A program made the position numbers and the translations under genes. A stretch of 64,000 nucleotides of DNA, taken from the NCBI GenBank assembly GCA_964649615.1, contig CAZYPW010000001.1:33557-97556 (forward strand), read 5' to 3'. The stretch is from an uncultured Gammaproteobacteria bacterium (GTDB taxonomy: Bacteria; Patescibacteriota; Microgenomatia; Daviesbacterales; UBA10151). The notes beneath the pieces are model-generated. The model was not told the DNA's origin. It saw only the letters and a list, made by a program, of their open reading frames with translations, and did not search any database. This document shows positions 54,573-63,904 of the stretch, in pieces (the first letter of the stretch is position 1; every line of letters begins with the position of its first letter).

Positions 54573-55886
54573 ATGAAAATAATTGTTTTAGCAGGTGGGG
54601 AAGGTAAAAGGATGTGGCCTATCCAAACAGACAAATGTCTGATCCCTTTTTTGGGTCAACCCCTTTTGTCCCATAACTTAAAAAAAATCAAAGATGTAGT
54701 AGATGGGGAATTTGTCATAATTTCTTCGCCTTCCAGTAAGGATGGGATAGGAAAAGTAGCTTCAGAGTTGAAATTACATTACAAAATAGCTGTTCAAAAT
54801 GAACCTAAAGGTATGGCTGATGCCCTACTCTCTGCAAAAGAATATCTGGAAGGAGAAGTTTTAGTGGTTAATGCTGAAGATATTTTGGACCCTGGGGCAT
54901 TTGAGATTAATAGGGAAGTAGATGTGAGCCTTGTTGGATTAAAAGTAGACAAATATTTTCCAGGAGGATATTTAAGGGTAGAAGGGGAAAGCCCTTCGAC
55001 TTCGCTCAGGGTTGGTAAGGTACAGGGAATAGTAGAAAAGCCAGGAGAGGGAAATGAACCATCAGATATGGTGAAGTTGGTAGTAGATTATTTTAAAGAC
55101 GGGAAAAAGTTAGTGGAATATTTAGAAAATGCTAAATCAGAGGTAGATGATGTTTATGAAAAGGCTTTAGATCAGATGATTTCTGATGGACTAGAAGTAA
55201 AGTTTAAAGAATATAGTGGAGTATGGATTCCATTAAAATATCCATGGCAGATTTTAGATATGCTGGCTTACTTTTTGGACAATATTGAACAACAGATTTC
55301 CCCGGGTGCAAATGTGTCTGAAAAGGCCATTATTGATGGAAAAGTAGTGATTGAAGAGGGAGTCAGAGTGTTTGAAGGAGCTGTAATTAAAGGTCCCTGC
55401 TATATAGGTAAAAATGTCATTGTGGGAAATAATTCCATGATCCGGGAATCTGAGCTGGAAGAGGGTTGCGTGACAGGCTTTAATTCTGATATTACCAGAA
55501 GTTACATTGGAGCAAATTCCTGGTTTCATACCAATTATATTGGGGATTCTGTGATAGAGGGAGATTTTGGGATGGGTAGTGGAGCAGTTTTGGCAAATTT
55601 AAGGCTGGATGATCATACAATCAGAGTACATGTGAATGGAGAATTAATTGATTCAGGAAGGCACAAGCTAGGGCTGATTGTGGGGAAGGGCTCAAGAGTG
55701 GGAGTGAATGCTTCAACCATGCCAGGGGTTAAGGTTGGTTCAAATTCATTTGTAGGGCCTGGAGTGACTTTATATGATGATGTAGAGGATAATAAGAAGG
55801 TTTTGGTAAAACAGGAGTTGGAAGTAACTGAACATACTCCAGCATTAACCAGCTATGATCAGTTTAGAGATAAGTTAGAGAAATAG
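54573..55886 (+). CDS. Sugar-phosphate nucleotidyltransferase with a C-terminal left-handed beta-helix (hexapeptide-repeat) domain.
   Basis: N-terminal IIVLAGGEGKRMWP, C-terminal hexapeptide repeats. Confidence 0.75.
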   Translation: MKIIVLAGGEGKRMWPIQTDKCLIPFLGQPLLSHNLKKIKDVVDGEFVIISSPSSKDGIGKVASELKLHYKIAVQNEPKGMADALLSAKEYLEGEVLVVNAEDILDPGAFEINREVDVSLVGLKVDKYFPGGYLRVEGESPSTSLRVGKVQGIVEKPGEGNEPSDMVKLVVDYFKDGKKLVEYLENAKSEVDDVYEKALDQMISDGLEVKFKEYSGVWIPLKYPWQILDMLAYFLDNIEQQISPGANVSEKAIIDGKVVIEEGVRVFEGAVIKGPCYIGKNVIVGNNSMIRESELEEGCVTGFNSDITRSYIGANSWFHTNYIGDSVIEGDFGMGSGAVLANLRLDDHTIRVHVNGELIDSGRHKLGLIVGKGSRVGVNASTMPGVKVGSNSFVGPGVTLYDDVEDNKKVLVKQELEVTEHTPALTSYDQFRDKLEK

Positions 55887-55908
55887 AGATATTTAACAAT
55901 CGAAAATT

Positions 55909-56169
55909 ATGTTTAAAAAATATAAAGTTTTACTGATAATTCTTATTCTTTTTATACCAACCATTATTAGTCTTCTTCCTTCAATGCAATCAAGAGGAAT
56001 AGATGCATGCTTTTGGATAGTAGGAGAACCTGTCAAACAACAGCAGTGTCAATTCTGGGAAGAAATTAAAACAAACGTTTATATTTTTAGTCATTTTACT
56101 CTTATCATAGGATTAATCCTTAGTATTTTTCAATTTTTTAAATTCCTCAAGGAAAAACTATTCAGTTGA
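55909..56169 (+). CDS. Small two-TM membrane protein (hypothetical).
   Basis: ORF only. Confidence 0.3.
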   Translation: MFKKYKVLLIILILFIPTIISLLPSMQSRGIDACFWIVGEPVKQQQCQFWEEIKTNVYIFSHFTLIIGLILSIFQFFKFLKEKLFS

Positions 56170-56334
56170 GAATTAATCATTTACCTTGTTAACTGCAAAA
56201 TATATAAAAGTTATATACTATGTATATAGGAAAGACGGATCGTCAGAGATTACTTTTTCTGGCATTTACGATTAGGGAGAATAAAATTCGTGTAGTTTCA
56301 GCCAGAAATCAGAATAGAAAAGAAAGGAGGAAAT

Positions 56335-56616
56335 ATGAAGAAACTAAAACCAATACCTAAATTTGCTACGGAGGATGAAGAAGATAAATTTTGGTCTACC
56401 CATGATTCAACTGAATATGTTGATTGGAATAGGGCAGTAGTTAATCCAAGCTTTCCAAACTTAAAGCTTTCTACAAAAACTATTACTATCAGAGTGTCTG
56501 AATCTTTACTGAATTCGCTCAAGATGTTAGCCAATAAAAAGGATGTGCCTTACCAGTCACTTCTGAAAATATTTTTGGATGAAAAAATACGTGAAGAGAT
56601 AAAAATAACAAATTAA
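56335..56616 (+). CDS. Orphan BrnA/CopG-like antitoxin.
   Basis: ITIRVSESLLNSLKMLANKKDVPYQSLLKIFLDEKI. Confidence 0.5.
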   Translation: MKKLKPIPKFATEDEEDKFWSTHDSTEYVDWNRAVVNPSFPNLKLSTKTITIRVSESLLNSLKMLANKKDVPYQSLLKIFLDEKIREEIKITN

Positions 56617-56619
56617 GGT

Positions 56620-56789
56620 TTTCTATTGTTAGAGCAAGAATTGGGTCTAATTCATTAGTTGGTCCTGGAGTTGTTTTATATGGAGATATAAAAGAAAATA
56701 AAAAAGTTTTGGTTAAACAGGAACTGGAGATAACTGAACATGCACCAGCTTTAACAAGTTATGATCAATTTAGAAAAAAGATTCAATAA
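56620..56789 (+). pseudogene. 3' fragment of a paralog of the 54573-55886 nucleotidyltransferase.
   Basis: ...IGSNSLVGPGVVLYGDIKENKKVLVKQELEITEHAPALTSYDQFRKKIQ* aligns with the last ~50 aa of the upstream gene. Confidence 0.6.
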
Positions 56790-56792
56790 TAA

Positions 56793-59549
56793 TTACTGTT
56801 GAATTTTTCTGCAAGCATCCATGATGCAGAAGTTACTAACAAGTGTCAGGCCAAAATCTTGAGCAAATTCTTCTGCTTTTTGGCTACTGACACCATCCTG
56901 CAGCCATACTGATTTGATCCCCCCTCGTTCAATTACTTCCTGCATGTGGGGAATAACCTCATTCGGCCGCCTAAAAATATCCACGATATCAATTTTTACT
57001 TTTTTAGGAATAGACATTAAATTTGGATAGGATTTTTCTCCCAAAGTTTGAGAAATATTTGGATTAACTGGAATAATTTTAAAACCACGTGATTTTAGAT
57101 ACTGGGCTACTCTGTAACTTGTTCGTTGTGGTTTATCTGATAATCCGACTATCGCAATAGTTCTGGATTTCTTCAAAAGATCAATTTTTTCTACCTCTTC
57201 TGTGTCAAGATTGGGAAGCAAAGATGCTTGCCACTGCCAACTCTCAATATCTTCCGGATCCTTACCCTGCATTTTTACAAATGCTTGATGTTCTGTTAAG
57301 GCCCTAGTGTATTTATTAGTAAATTTCTGATACACTCCTTCTTCGATTACCCCTAACTCATATGCCTTTTGTAAAACCTCTAAAGCCAAATGAAATCTGC
57401 TAGCACTGTTTCTTGCTAACATATCAAAAGGAGTGGTAGTGCCTCCTCTTTCCTGATATCCATGAACAGAAAAACGGTGAGGATTTTTAAGGTCAAATAA
57501 AATAGCTTTCATCACTTCCGGATAACCATGAAAATTAACTATCACCGGTTTATCGGTTGTAAAATACTGATCTGAATTAGGAATGGTTGGATGGTAAGCA
57601 CTCTTACAAGTACATTTGGCAGTCAGTCTTAAAATATTGACAAACCTCAATTTAAGGTAGGGAATATCTTTTTTTAAGATATCGATTGCTGCCAAACACT
57701 CTTTAGACACATAATCTCCAATACCCACCAGCACTACATCCGGATCAGGATCTGATGCAAAATCCCAAGTCAGTAAACCATCTTTTATAGACTTTTGAGC
57801 TTGAGCCAGACTTAGCCAGCGCAGTTCAGGAGTTTTTCCAGAAACTATGGTATTTATGGCATTTTGAGAATTCATAACCTCATCTAAAGTAATCAGCATA
57901 CTGTTTTCATCAACCGGAAAGTAAACTTTGACAAAATCATGATTTTTCTCAAGTAACCCGCTAATAAAACTGGGATTTTGATGAGAATAACCATTATGCT
58001 CCTGTCTCCAGGCAGAGGAGGAGAGAATATAATTCATGGAGGAAATATTTTCCCGCCAATTAGTTTCTCTGGTTGCTTTTAAAAATTTGACATATTGGTG
58101 AGCCATACTGGAAACAATCTGGGCAAAGGCTTCGTAGGTTGCAAAAACCCCATGTCTGCCGGTTAAAATATAGCCTTGAGAAAGACCATGTAGGTTATGT
58201 TCTGATAACATCTCCATCACTCTGCCATCCCTTGACAGGTGATTATCATCACTTTGGTGTGGCCAGACAAAAGCACGGGATGTTTCCTCAAAGACCTCAT
58301 CCAACCTATTGGAATAAGTTTCATCAGGGGACATCAATCTAAAGTTTCGTTGCCTTTTATTAAGTTCAAAAACTTTTTTAAAGTAAGTTCCGGCCATCCT
58401 CATACTATTTGATAGATGTTTACCAGGTACATCTACATCTTTGGCAAGTTGAGAAATTTTTGGTAACTTTAATTTTTTGTAAGTTCTGCCAAAAACGCTG
58501 TCGCAATCACCAACCTTTAACCCTTTATCCGGCAACAAGGATAAAATATCCTTTGAAAAACCTTTTTTCTCATTAAAAAGCTCATCAAATTTATAAGATT
58601 TAAGCCATTTTTCTAAAGCCGAAAGCTCCAAAGCATCATTTTTGGCATTAGGAGCAACCACCTGATGAGCGGCAGTTGTGCCCTCAATTTTTATGCCTCT
58701 TAATTTTTTTATACCGGTCCAGCCTTTGGGAGTTTTTAAGATAATCATAGGATAAATTGGACTAAATACTTCACCTTTTTTGGCCTTAAGTTTTATATCC
58801 TTGATTTTTTTATATGATTTTTCCAAAGCGGAGAGCATCTTTTGATAAATTTTTCTACCGCTAACAATAAACGGTAGGTACCCATAGCCTTTAAATAAAT
58901 TATTAAGTTCACCATCACTCATTCTGGCAAAAACAGTAGGCCCGGAGATTTTATAACCATTTAAGTGTAAAATCGGTAAAACAATACCATTTGTAGCAGG
59001 ATCTAAAAGTTTATTTAAATGCCATGCAGCAGAAAGCGGTCCTGTTTCCGCTTCTCCGTCTCCAATCAAACAAACTGCTAAAAGATTAGTGTTATCCATT
59101 ACTGCCCCAAAAGAGGTGGAGAGAGAATATCCTAATTCTCCGCCTTCCAAAATTAAGCCCGGAGCTTCCGGACAGGAATGAGATGAAAAACCATATGGCC
59201 AGGAAAAACTTTTGGAAAGGAAAGTAATACCTTTTTCATCAAGGGATGCCTTGGGATAATATTTACCCAAAGTTCCTTCAATAAATAGATTTGCCTGTAA
59301 AGCCGCAAATCCGTGACCGGGACCCAGTAGAAAAATTGTTTCCTGTTTATATTTTTTAACCAGGTAATTAGTGAAAGCATAGACAAAGTTTATCCCCGGA
59401 CAAGTACCCCAATGGCCAAAAAGTTTTGGTTTAATATCATGAGTACCCAAAGGTTTTTTTAGTAAAAAATTGTCCTGCAGATAAATTTGGGTGACTGATA
59501 AATAATTGGCAGCCCGTACAAATTTTTTAATATTTTCTAGTGGGGTCAT
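56793..59549 (-). CDS. xfp: Phosphoketolase (Xfp) fused to a C-terminal CoA-binding (YccU-like) domain.
   Basis: N-terminal ...YLSVTQIYLQDNFLL...GHWGTCPGINFVY... The C-terminal ~130 aa match a CoA_binding_2 domain. Confidence 0.85.
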   Translation of the reverse strand: MTPLENIKKFVRAANYLSVTQIYLQDNFLLKKPLGTHDIKPKLFGHWGTCPGINFVYAFTNYLVKKYKQETIFLLGPGHGFAALQANLFIEGTLGKYYPKASLDEKGITFLSKSFSWPYGFSSHSCPEAPGLILEGGELGYSLSTSFGAVMDNTNLLAVCLIGDGEAETGPLSAAWHLNKLLDPATNGIVLPILHLNGYKISGPTVFARMSDGELNNLFKGYGYLPFIVSGRKIYQKMLSALEKSYKKIKDIKLKAKKGEVFSPIYPMIILKTPKGWTGIKKLRGIKIEGTTAAHQVVAPNAKNDALELSALEKWLKSYKFDELFNEKKGFSKDILSLLPDKGLKVGDCDSVFGRTYKKLKLPKISQLAKDVDVPGKHLSNSMRMAGTYFKKVFELNKRQRNFRLMSPDETYSNRLDEVFEETSRAFVWPHQSDDNHLSRDGRVMEMLSEHNLHGLSQGYILTGRHGVFATYEAFAQIVSSMAHQYVKFLKATRETNWRENISSMNYILSSSAWRQEHNGYSHQNPSFISGLLEKNHDFVKVYFPVDENSMLITLDEVMNSQNAINTIVSGKTPELRWLSLAQAQKSIKDGLLTWDFASDPDPDVVLVGIGDYVSKECLAAIDILKKDIPYLKLRFVNILRLTAKCTCKSAYHPTIPNSDQYFTTDKPVIVNFHGYPEVMKAILFDLKNPHRFSVHGYQERGGTTTPFDMLARNSASRFHLALEVLQKAYELGVIEEGVYQKFTNKYTRALTEHQAFVKMQGKDPEDIESWQWQASLLPNLDTEEVEKIDLLKKSRTIAIVGLSDKPQRTSYRVAQYLKSRGFKIIPVNPNISQTLGEKSYPNLMSIPKKVKIDIVDIFRRPNEVIPHMQEVIERGGIKSVWLQDGVSSQKAEEFAQDFGLTLVSNFCIMDACRKIQQ

Positions 59550-59552
59550 TTT

Positions 59553-61346
59553 TTAGTAATCCTCCAAAGTTGAGGTATCACCCAGTTCCAGTCCCATCTC
59601 TTTGGCTCGTAGCAGCCTTCTCATTATTTTACCGGAGCGGGTTTTAGGTAGTTTATCAACAAATTCAATCTCTCTTGGATAAGCATGTCCTGCCAGATTC
59701 TCTTTAACAAAAGCAGCTATATTTTCCTTAAGTTTATCTGATGGTTGAGCATCCATCTTTAAAACAATAAAGGCCTTAATAATCTCTCCTCTTAAGGGAT
59801 CCGGTTTGCCGATCACTCCTGCCTCAACTACCTCTGGGTGTTCCACCAAAGCACTCTCCACCTCAAATGGTCCCACTCTCTCACTTGAAGTATTAATCAC
59901 ATCATCCGCTCTCCCCACAAACCAAAAGTAGCCGTCGTTATCCTTAATAGCTCTGTCTCCTGACAGATACCAACCATTTGAGAAATATGAATCAAATTTC
60001 TCCTTTTTTTTCCAAATAGTTTTCATCAGAGAATAAACAGTATTTGGTTTTAAAGCCAGATTTCCTTCTCTTCCCGCAGGCAATTCCTTTCCCTTCTCAT
60101 CAATAACAGCGGCTTTAATTCCCGGAAAAGGTTTACCCATAGAACCAACTTTAATATCCAAAATAGGATAATTAACTATAGCCATGCTACCCGTTTCTGT
60201 TTGCCACCAGGTGTCGTGAAAGGGAAGCCCAATTTTTTTATAAGCCCACCAGATTGCTTCAGGATTTAAAGGTTCTCCCACACTGGTAATATGACGAAGA
60301 GAAGAAAGGTCAAAGTCTTCGGGTTGAACTTTACTACCCATAAGCATTCTTATGGCAGTTGGAGCGGTATACCAGACAGTAACTTTATTTTCCTCAATAA
60401 CTTTATACCAATTCTCTGCTGAAAATTTACCTTCAAAAATAACTTGTGTACCACCTACGCCCCAAATTCCCAAAATACCGTAAACAACTCCGGTTACCCA
60501 GCCACAATCTGCTGTACACCAGTAAATATCATCACCTTGTACATCAAGGACCCATTTAGTAGTAAGAATTGCAGAGAGTACATCGCTATGGGCGTGAACT
60601 ACCCCTTTTGGTTTACCAGTAGTACCGGAGGTATATAACATATAAGAAAAATCATCTTTTTTCATATGGGCAATTTCAAATTTTTCTGAAGCTTTTCTCA
60701 TCTGATTAGTGAAAGAAACGATATTTTTACCTCTAGGCAGTTTTTTAGCGGTTTGTTCTACAATAATTACTTTCTCTAAATGTGGTAAATCTTTCCAAAT
60801 AGCTTTAATTCTTGGATAAAGGTCGGAATTGGTGATTAAAATTTTTGCCTGGCTGTCTGATAATCTGTCCATAAGAGCCAGTTCCTGGAAAGCTGAAAAA
60901 AGTGCGCCCACTATGGCTCCAATCTTTAGAATTCCCAAAAAAGCAACATAACGCTCCGGGATAGTAGGCAGGAAAATAAAAACCCGATCACCTTTTTTAA
61001 CTTTTAAGTTTTTTAAGACATTAGCAAATTTATTTGACTGCCTTGCCAAAGTGGCAAAAGTATATTTTTGGTGAGCGCCACTAACAGAATGGAAGATTAA
61101 AGCAACCTTATCTTTTTGGGGGGTTTCCAGATGCTGGTCAACTGCTATATAGGCTGTATTAAGGCTTCCATCCTTAAAAAATTTAAGGTATTCTTTTTCC
61201 GCTTTTTTCCAAGAAAATTCTTTATAAGTTTTATTGTAGTTTTTAAGATTTGGAGCTTTTTTAAAATTTGCTGAAGTTTTTTTAATAATCTTGAGTTGAA
61301 CACTCATAATTTTAAAGATTCTAGCATAGGATTGGAAATCGGTCAA
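59553..61346 (-). CDS. acs: AMP-forming acetyl/acyl-CoA synthetase.
   Basis: AMP-binding motif YTSGTTGKPKGVVH and a C-terminal Acs-like domain. Confidence 0.8.
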   Translation of the reverse strand: MTDFQSYARIFKIMSVQLKIIKKTSANFKKAPNLKNYNKTYKEFSWKKAEKEYLKFFKDGSLNTAYIAVDQHLETPQKDKVALIFHSVSGAHQKYTFATLARQSNKFANVLKNLKVKKGDRVFIFLPTIPERYVAFLGILKIGAIVGALFSAFQELALMDRLSDSQAKILITNSDLYPRIKAIWKDLPHLEKVIIVEQTAKKLPRGKNIVSFTNQMRKASEKFEIAHMKKDDFSYMLYTSGTTGKPKGVVHAHSDVLSAILTTKWVLDVQGDDIYWCTADCGWVTGVVYGILGIWGVGGTQVIFEGKFSAENWYKVIEENKVTVWYTAPTAIRMLMGSKVQPEDFDLSSLRHITSVGEPLNPEAIWWAYKKIGLPFHDTWWQTETGSMAIVNYPILDIKVGSMGKPFPGIKAAVIDEKGKELPAGREGNLALKPNTVYSLMKTIWKKKEKFDSYFSNGWYLSGDRAIKDNDGYFWFVGRADDVINTSSERVGPFEVESALVEHPEVVEAGVIGKPDPLRGEIIKAFIVLKMDAQPSDKLKENIAAFVKENLAGHAYPREIEFVDKLPKTRSGKIMRRLLRAKEMGLELGDTSTLEDY

Positions 61347-61374
61347 TTTTGTATGTGTTATACTTTTTCAATCA

Positions 61375-62627
61375 TGTTGCTTTATGAGTTTGAAGGCAAG
61401 CAGTTGTTTAAAAATGTAGGTATCAGTGTGCCAGTTGGTCAGTTAATCAGCAGTTCAGAGGATCAGCAAATCAATATTTCAGCACCCCTTGTATTAAAAG
61501 CACAAACCTTATCTGGTAAAAGAGCAGAAGGAGGGGGGATTGTCAAAATTGACAATGGACAATTGACAATGGACAATTTGAAAAAATTGTTTGGGAAAAC
61601 AGTAAATGGAGAAAAAGTAGAGAGAGTGTTGGTAGAGGAGATGGTGAATATAGAGAGGGAATATTATCTTTCTTTTTCTTATTCTACAGAAACCAGGGGG
61701 ACGGTTTTGACATTTGGTGAAGGAGGAACCGGGGCTGAAGGGAAAGGGGCTAGAACATATCCAATAGATTTAACAGAAGAAGATTCCCTAGGTGCCTGCC
61801 TAATCCACCTCCCAGGTGTACTAAAAGATGCTGCTAAAAAGCTTTGGGAGGTGTTTATAAAATATGATTGTGAACTGGCAGAAATTAATCCATTAGTAGT
61901 GATAAAGGGATACCCTTCGACTCGCTCCGTGGTTCTACAAGCTCACCACTCCGCTCGCTCAGGGCAAAGCAAGAATCCGCTGCGGATTCTTGCTTTGGAC
62001 GCCAAAATAATTTTGGATGATGACGCCACTTTTAGAAGAGAAATAAAATTCCCGGAAAGAAATCTTTTTGGCAGGCCTTCAACTGAAAGAGAAATTGAAG
62101 CAAGAAAAATAGATGAAGGGGATCATCGGGGTACTGCCGGATCTGTGTACTGGGATTTAGATGGGGATATTGCTGTGATTGCTGCAGGAGGAGGGGGGAG
62201 TGTGGTTAATATGGATGCTTTACTTGCTTTTGGGGGTAAACCTGCCAACTACACTGAACACTCCGGAAATCCTCCCAGAGAAAAATTAAAAAAACTAACC
62301 AAAATTGTTTTGAGTAAACCTAATTTAAAAGGTTGTTGGTTTGTGGGAGGTACTGCTAATTTTACAGATATTTATGAAACTTTAATGGGTTTTGTAGAAG
62401 GCTTAAGGGAAGTAGATCCAAAACCAGCATATCCAATAGTTATCCGCCGTGGTGGACCAAGGGATAAAGAGGCTTTTGAAGCATTAAAAGAAATAGGCAA
62501 AAAAGAAGGTTTTGATTTTCATATTTTTGGCCGGGAAACACCAATGACTTCTACAGCTAAGATTATGGTGGATCTGGCATACGGGAATATCAAAACTCAA
62601 ATGTCAAATGTTAAATCTACAACTTAA
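61375..62627 (+). CDS. ADP-forming acyl-CoA synthetase beta-like subunit (SucC-like ATP-grasp). It carries an in-frame GC-rich repeat insertion.
   Basis: ATP-grasp N-terminus. C-terminal AAGGGGSVVNMDALLAFGGKPANYTE. Confidence 0.7.
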
Positions 62628-62702
62628 ATCTCAAATCTTTTTAAGTTTTTAGATTTGAACTGTAGTTTTGAGTTTTGCGATTTGCGTTTTGAGATAAACA
62701 TT

Positions 62703-63635
62703 ATGGCTATTTTAGTTACTGAAAAAACTCGAGTCTTAATACAAGGCATTACTGGTAAAGAAGGTTCAAAAGTGGCTTTGCAGATGAGAAATTATGGTAC
62801 TAAAGTAGTAGCCGGAGTGACTCCCGGAAAAGGCGGGCAGGAAGTACATGGGATTCCTGTTTATAATTCTGTTAAGGAAGCATTAGAGAATCACCCAGGA
62901 ATAAATACCTCTTTAATTTCTGTGCCTAATTTTGCTGCTTTTGGGGCAATGAGAGAAGCTATTGAGGCAAAGATTTCCCTAATTAATGTTTTTACAGAAC
63001 ATGTCCCAATTGCTGATACTGCTAAAGCAATAGGGTTAGCCAGAAACACCTCGGAGGTGGAAGGAAAGATAAGAATTGTGGGACCATCTTCTATGGGAAT
63101 TATATCTCCAGGAATTGGTAAGGTGGGACAAATTGGAGGGGAAGACCCAAGAGGGGTTTTTAGAAAAGGTAGCGTGGGGGTTATTTCCAAATCAGGAGGG
63201 ATGGCCTCAGAGGTTTCCTGGATTTTGACTCAAGCTGGAATGGGGCAGAGTACTGTGATAGGGATCGGAGGAGATGTCCTGGAGGGATCTAGTTTTGCAG
63301 ATTTACTTTTGGAATTTGAAAAAGATCCTCAAACAGAAAGTGTGGTAATTTTTGGAGAAATTGGCGGAACTTATGAGGAAGATGCTGCAGAATTTATAAA
63401 AAGTGGAAATCCTTCGACTCACTCCGCTCGCTCAGGACCAAGGTTTACCAAACCAGTTGTAGCATTTGTGTCTGGTTTATTTGCAGAGACTTTGCCATCT
63501 GGAACCAAATTAGGTCATGCAGGAGCCATAGTATATGGAAATAAAGGAAGTTATAAATCAAAAATAAAGAGCTTAGAGGCAGCCGGTGTCAAAATAGCCA
63601 AAACCCCAGATGAAATTCCAGAGCTGTTAAAGTAG
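62703..63635 (+). CDS. Succinyl/acyl-CoA synthetase alpha-like subunit (SucD-like). It carries two in-frame GC-rich repeat insertions.
   Basis: VLIQGITGKEGS...GPSSMGIISPG...SKSGGMASEV...GIGGD...HAGAIV. Confidence 0.8.
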   Translation: MAILVTEKTRVLIQGITGKEGSKVALQMRNYGTKVVAGVTPGKGGQEVHGIPVYNSVKEALENHPGINTSLISVPNFAAFGAMREAIEAKISLINVFTEHVPIADTAKAIGLARNTSEVEGKIRIVGPSSMGIISPGIGKVGQIGGEDPRGVFRKGSVGVISKSGGMASEVSWILTQAGMGQSTVIGIGGDVLEGSSFADLLLEFEKDPQTESVVIFGEIGGTYEEDAAEFIKSGNPSTHSARSGPRFTKPVVAFVSGLFAETLPSGTKLGHAGAIVYGNKGSYKSKIKSLEAAGVKIAKTPDEIPELLK

Positions 63636-63655
63636 CATGGTATAATATATTTGTT

Positions 63656-63904
63656 ATGAAAGCACCCCAAGATCCTAAAAAATTAGAACAACTTTATGAG
63701 AAACTATATAAAAGATATGGTAAACGTTTGGAGAGAGATCACAAAGGGGAATATTTAGCCATTTCTCAAAAAGGTCAAACAATTTTGGGGCAAAATCTTT
63801 ACGAAGTTGCTAAAAAGGCTTCAGACGCCTTTGGTTCAGGCAATTTTGTTTATAGAATAGGGGAAAAAGCTGTTGGTAGATGGTTGAAAATATGGACATT
63901 GTGA
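63656..63904 (+). CDS. Hypothetical small protein, coupled (4-nt overlap) to the downstream aspartic-protease-like ORF.
   Basis: ORF only. Confidence 0.3.
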   Translation: MKAPQDPKKLEQLYEKLYKRYGKRLERDHKGEYLAISQKGQTILGQNLYEVAKKASDAFGSGNFVYRIGEKAVGRWLKIWTL

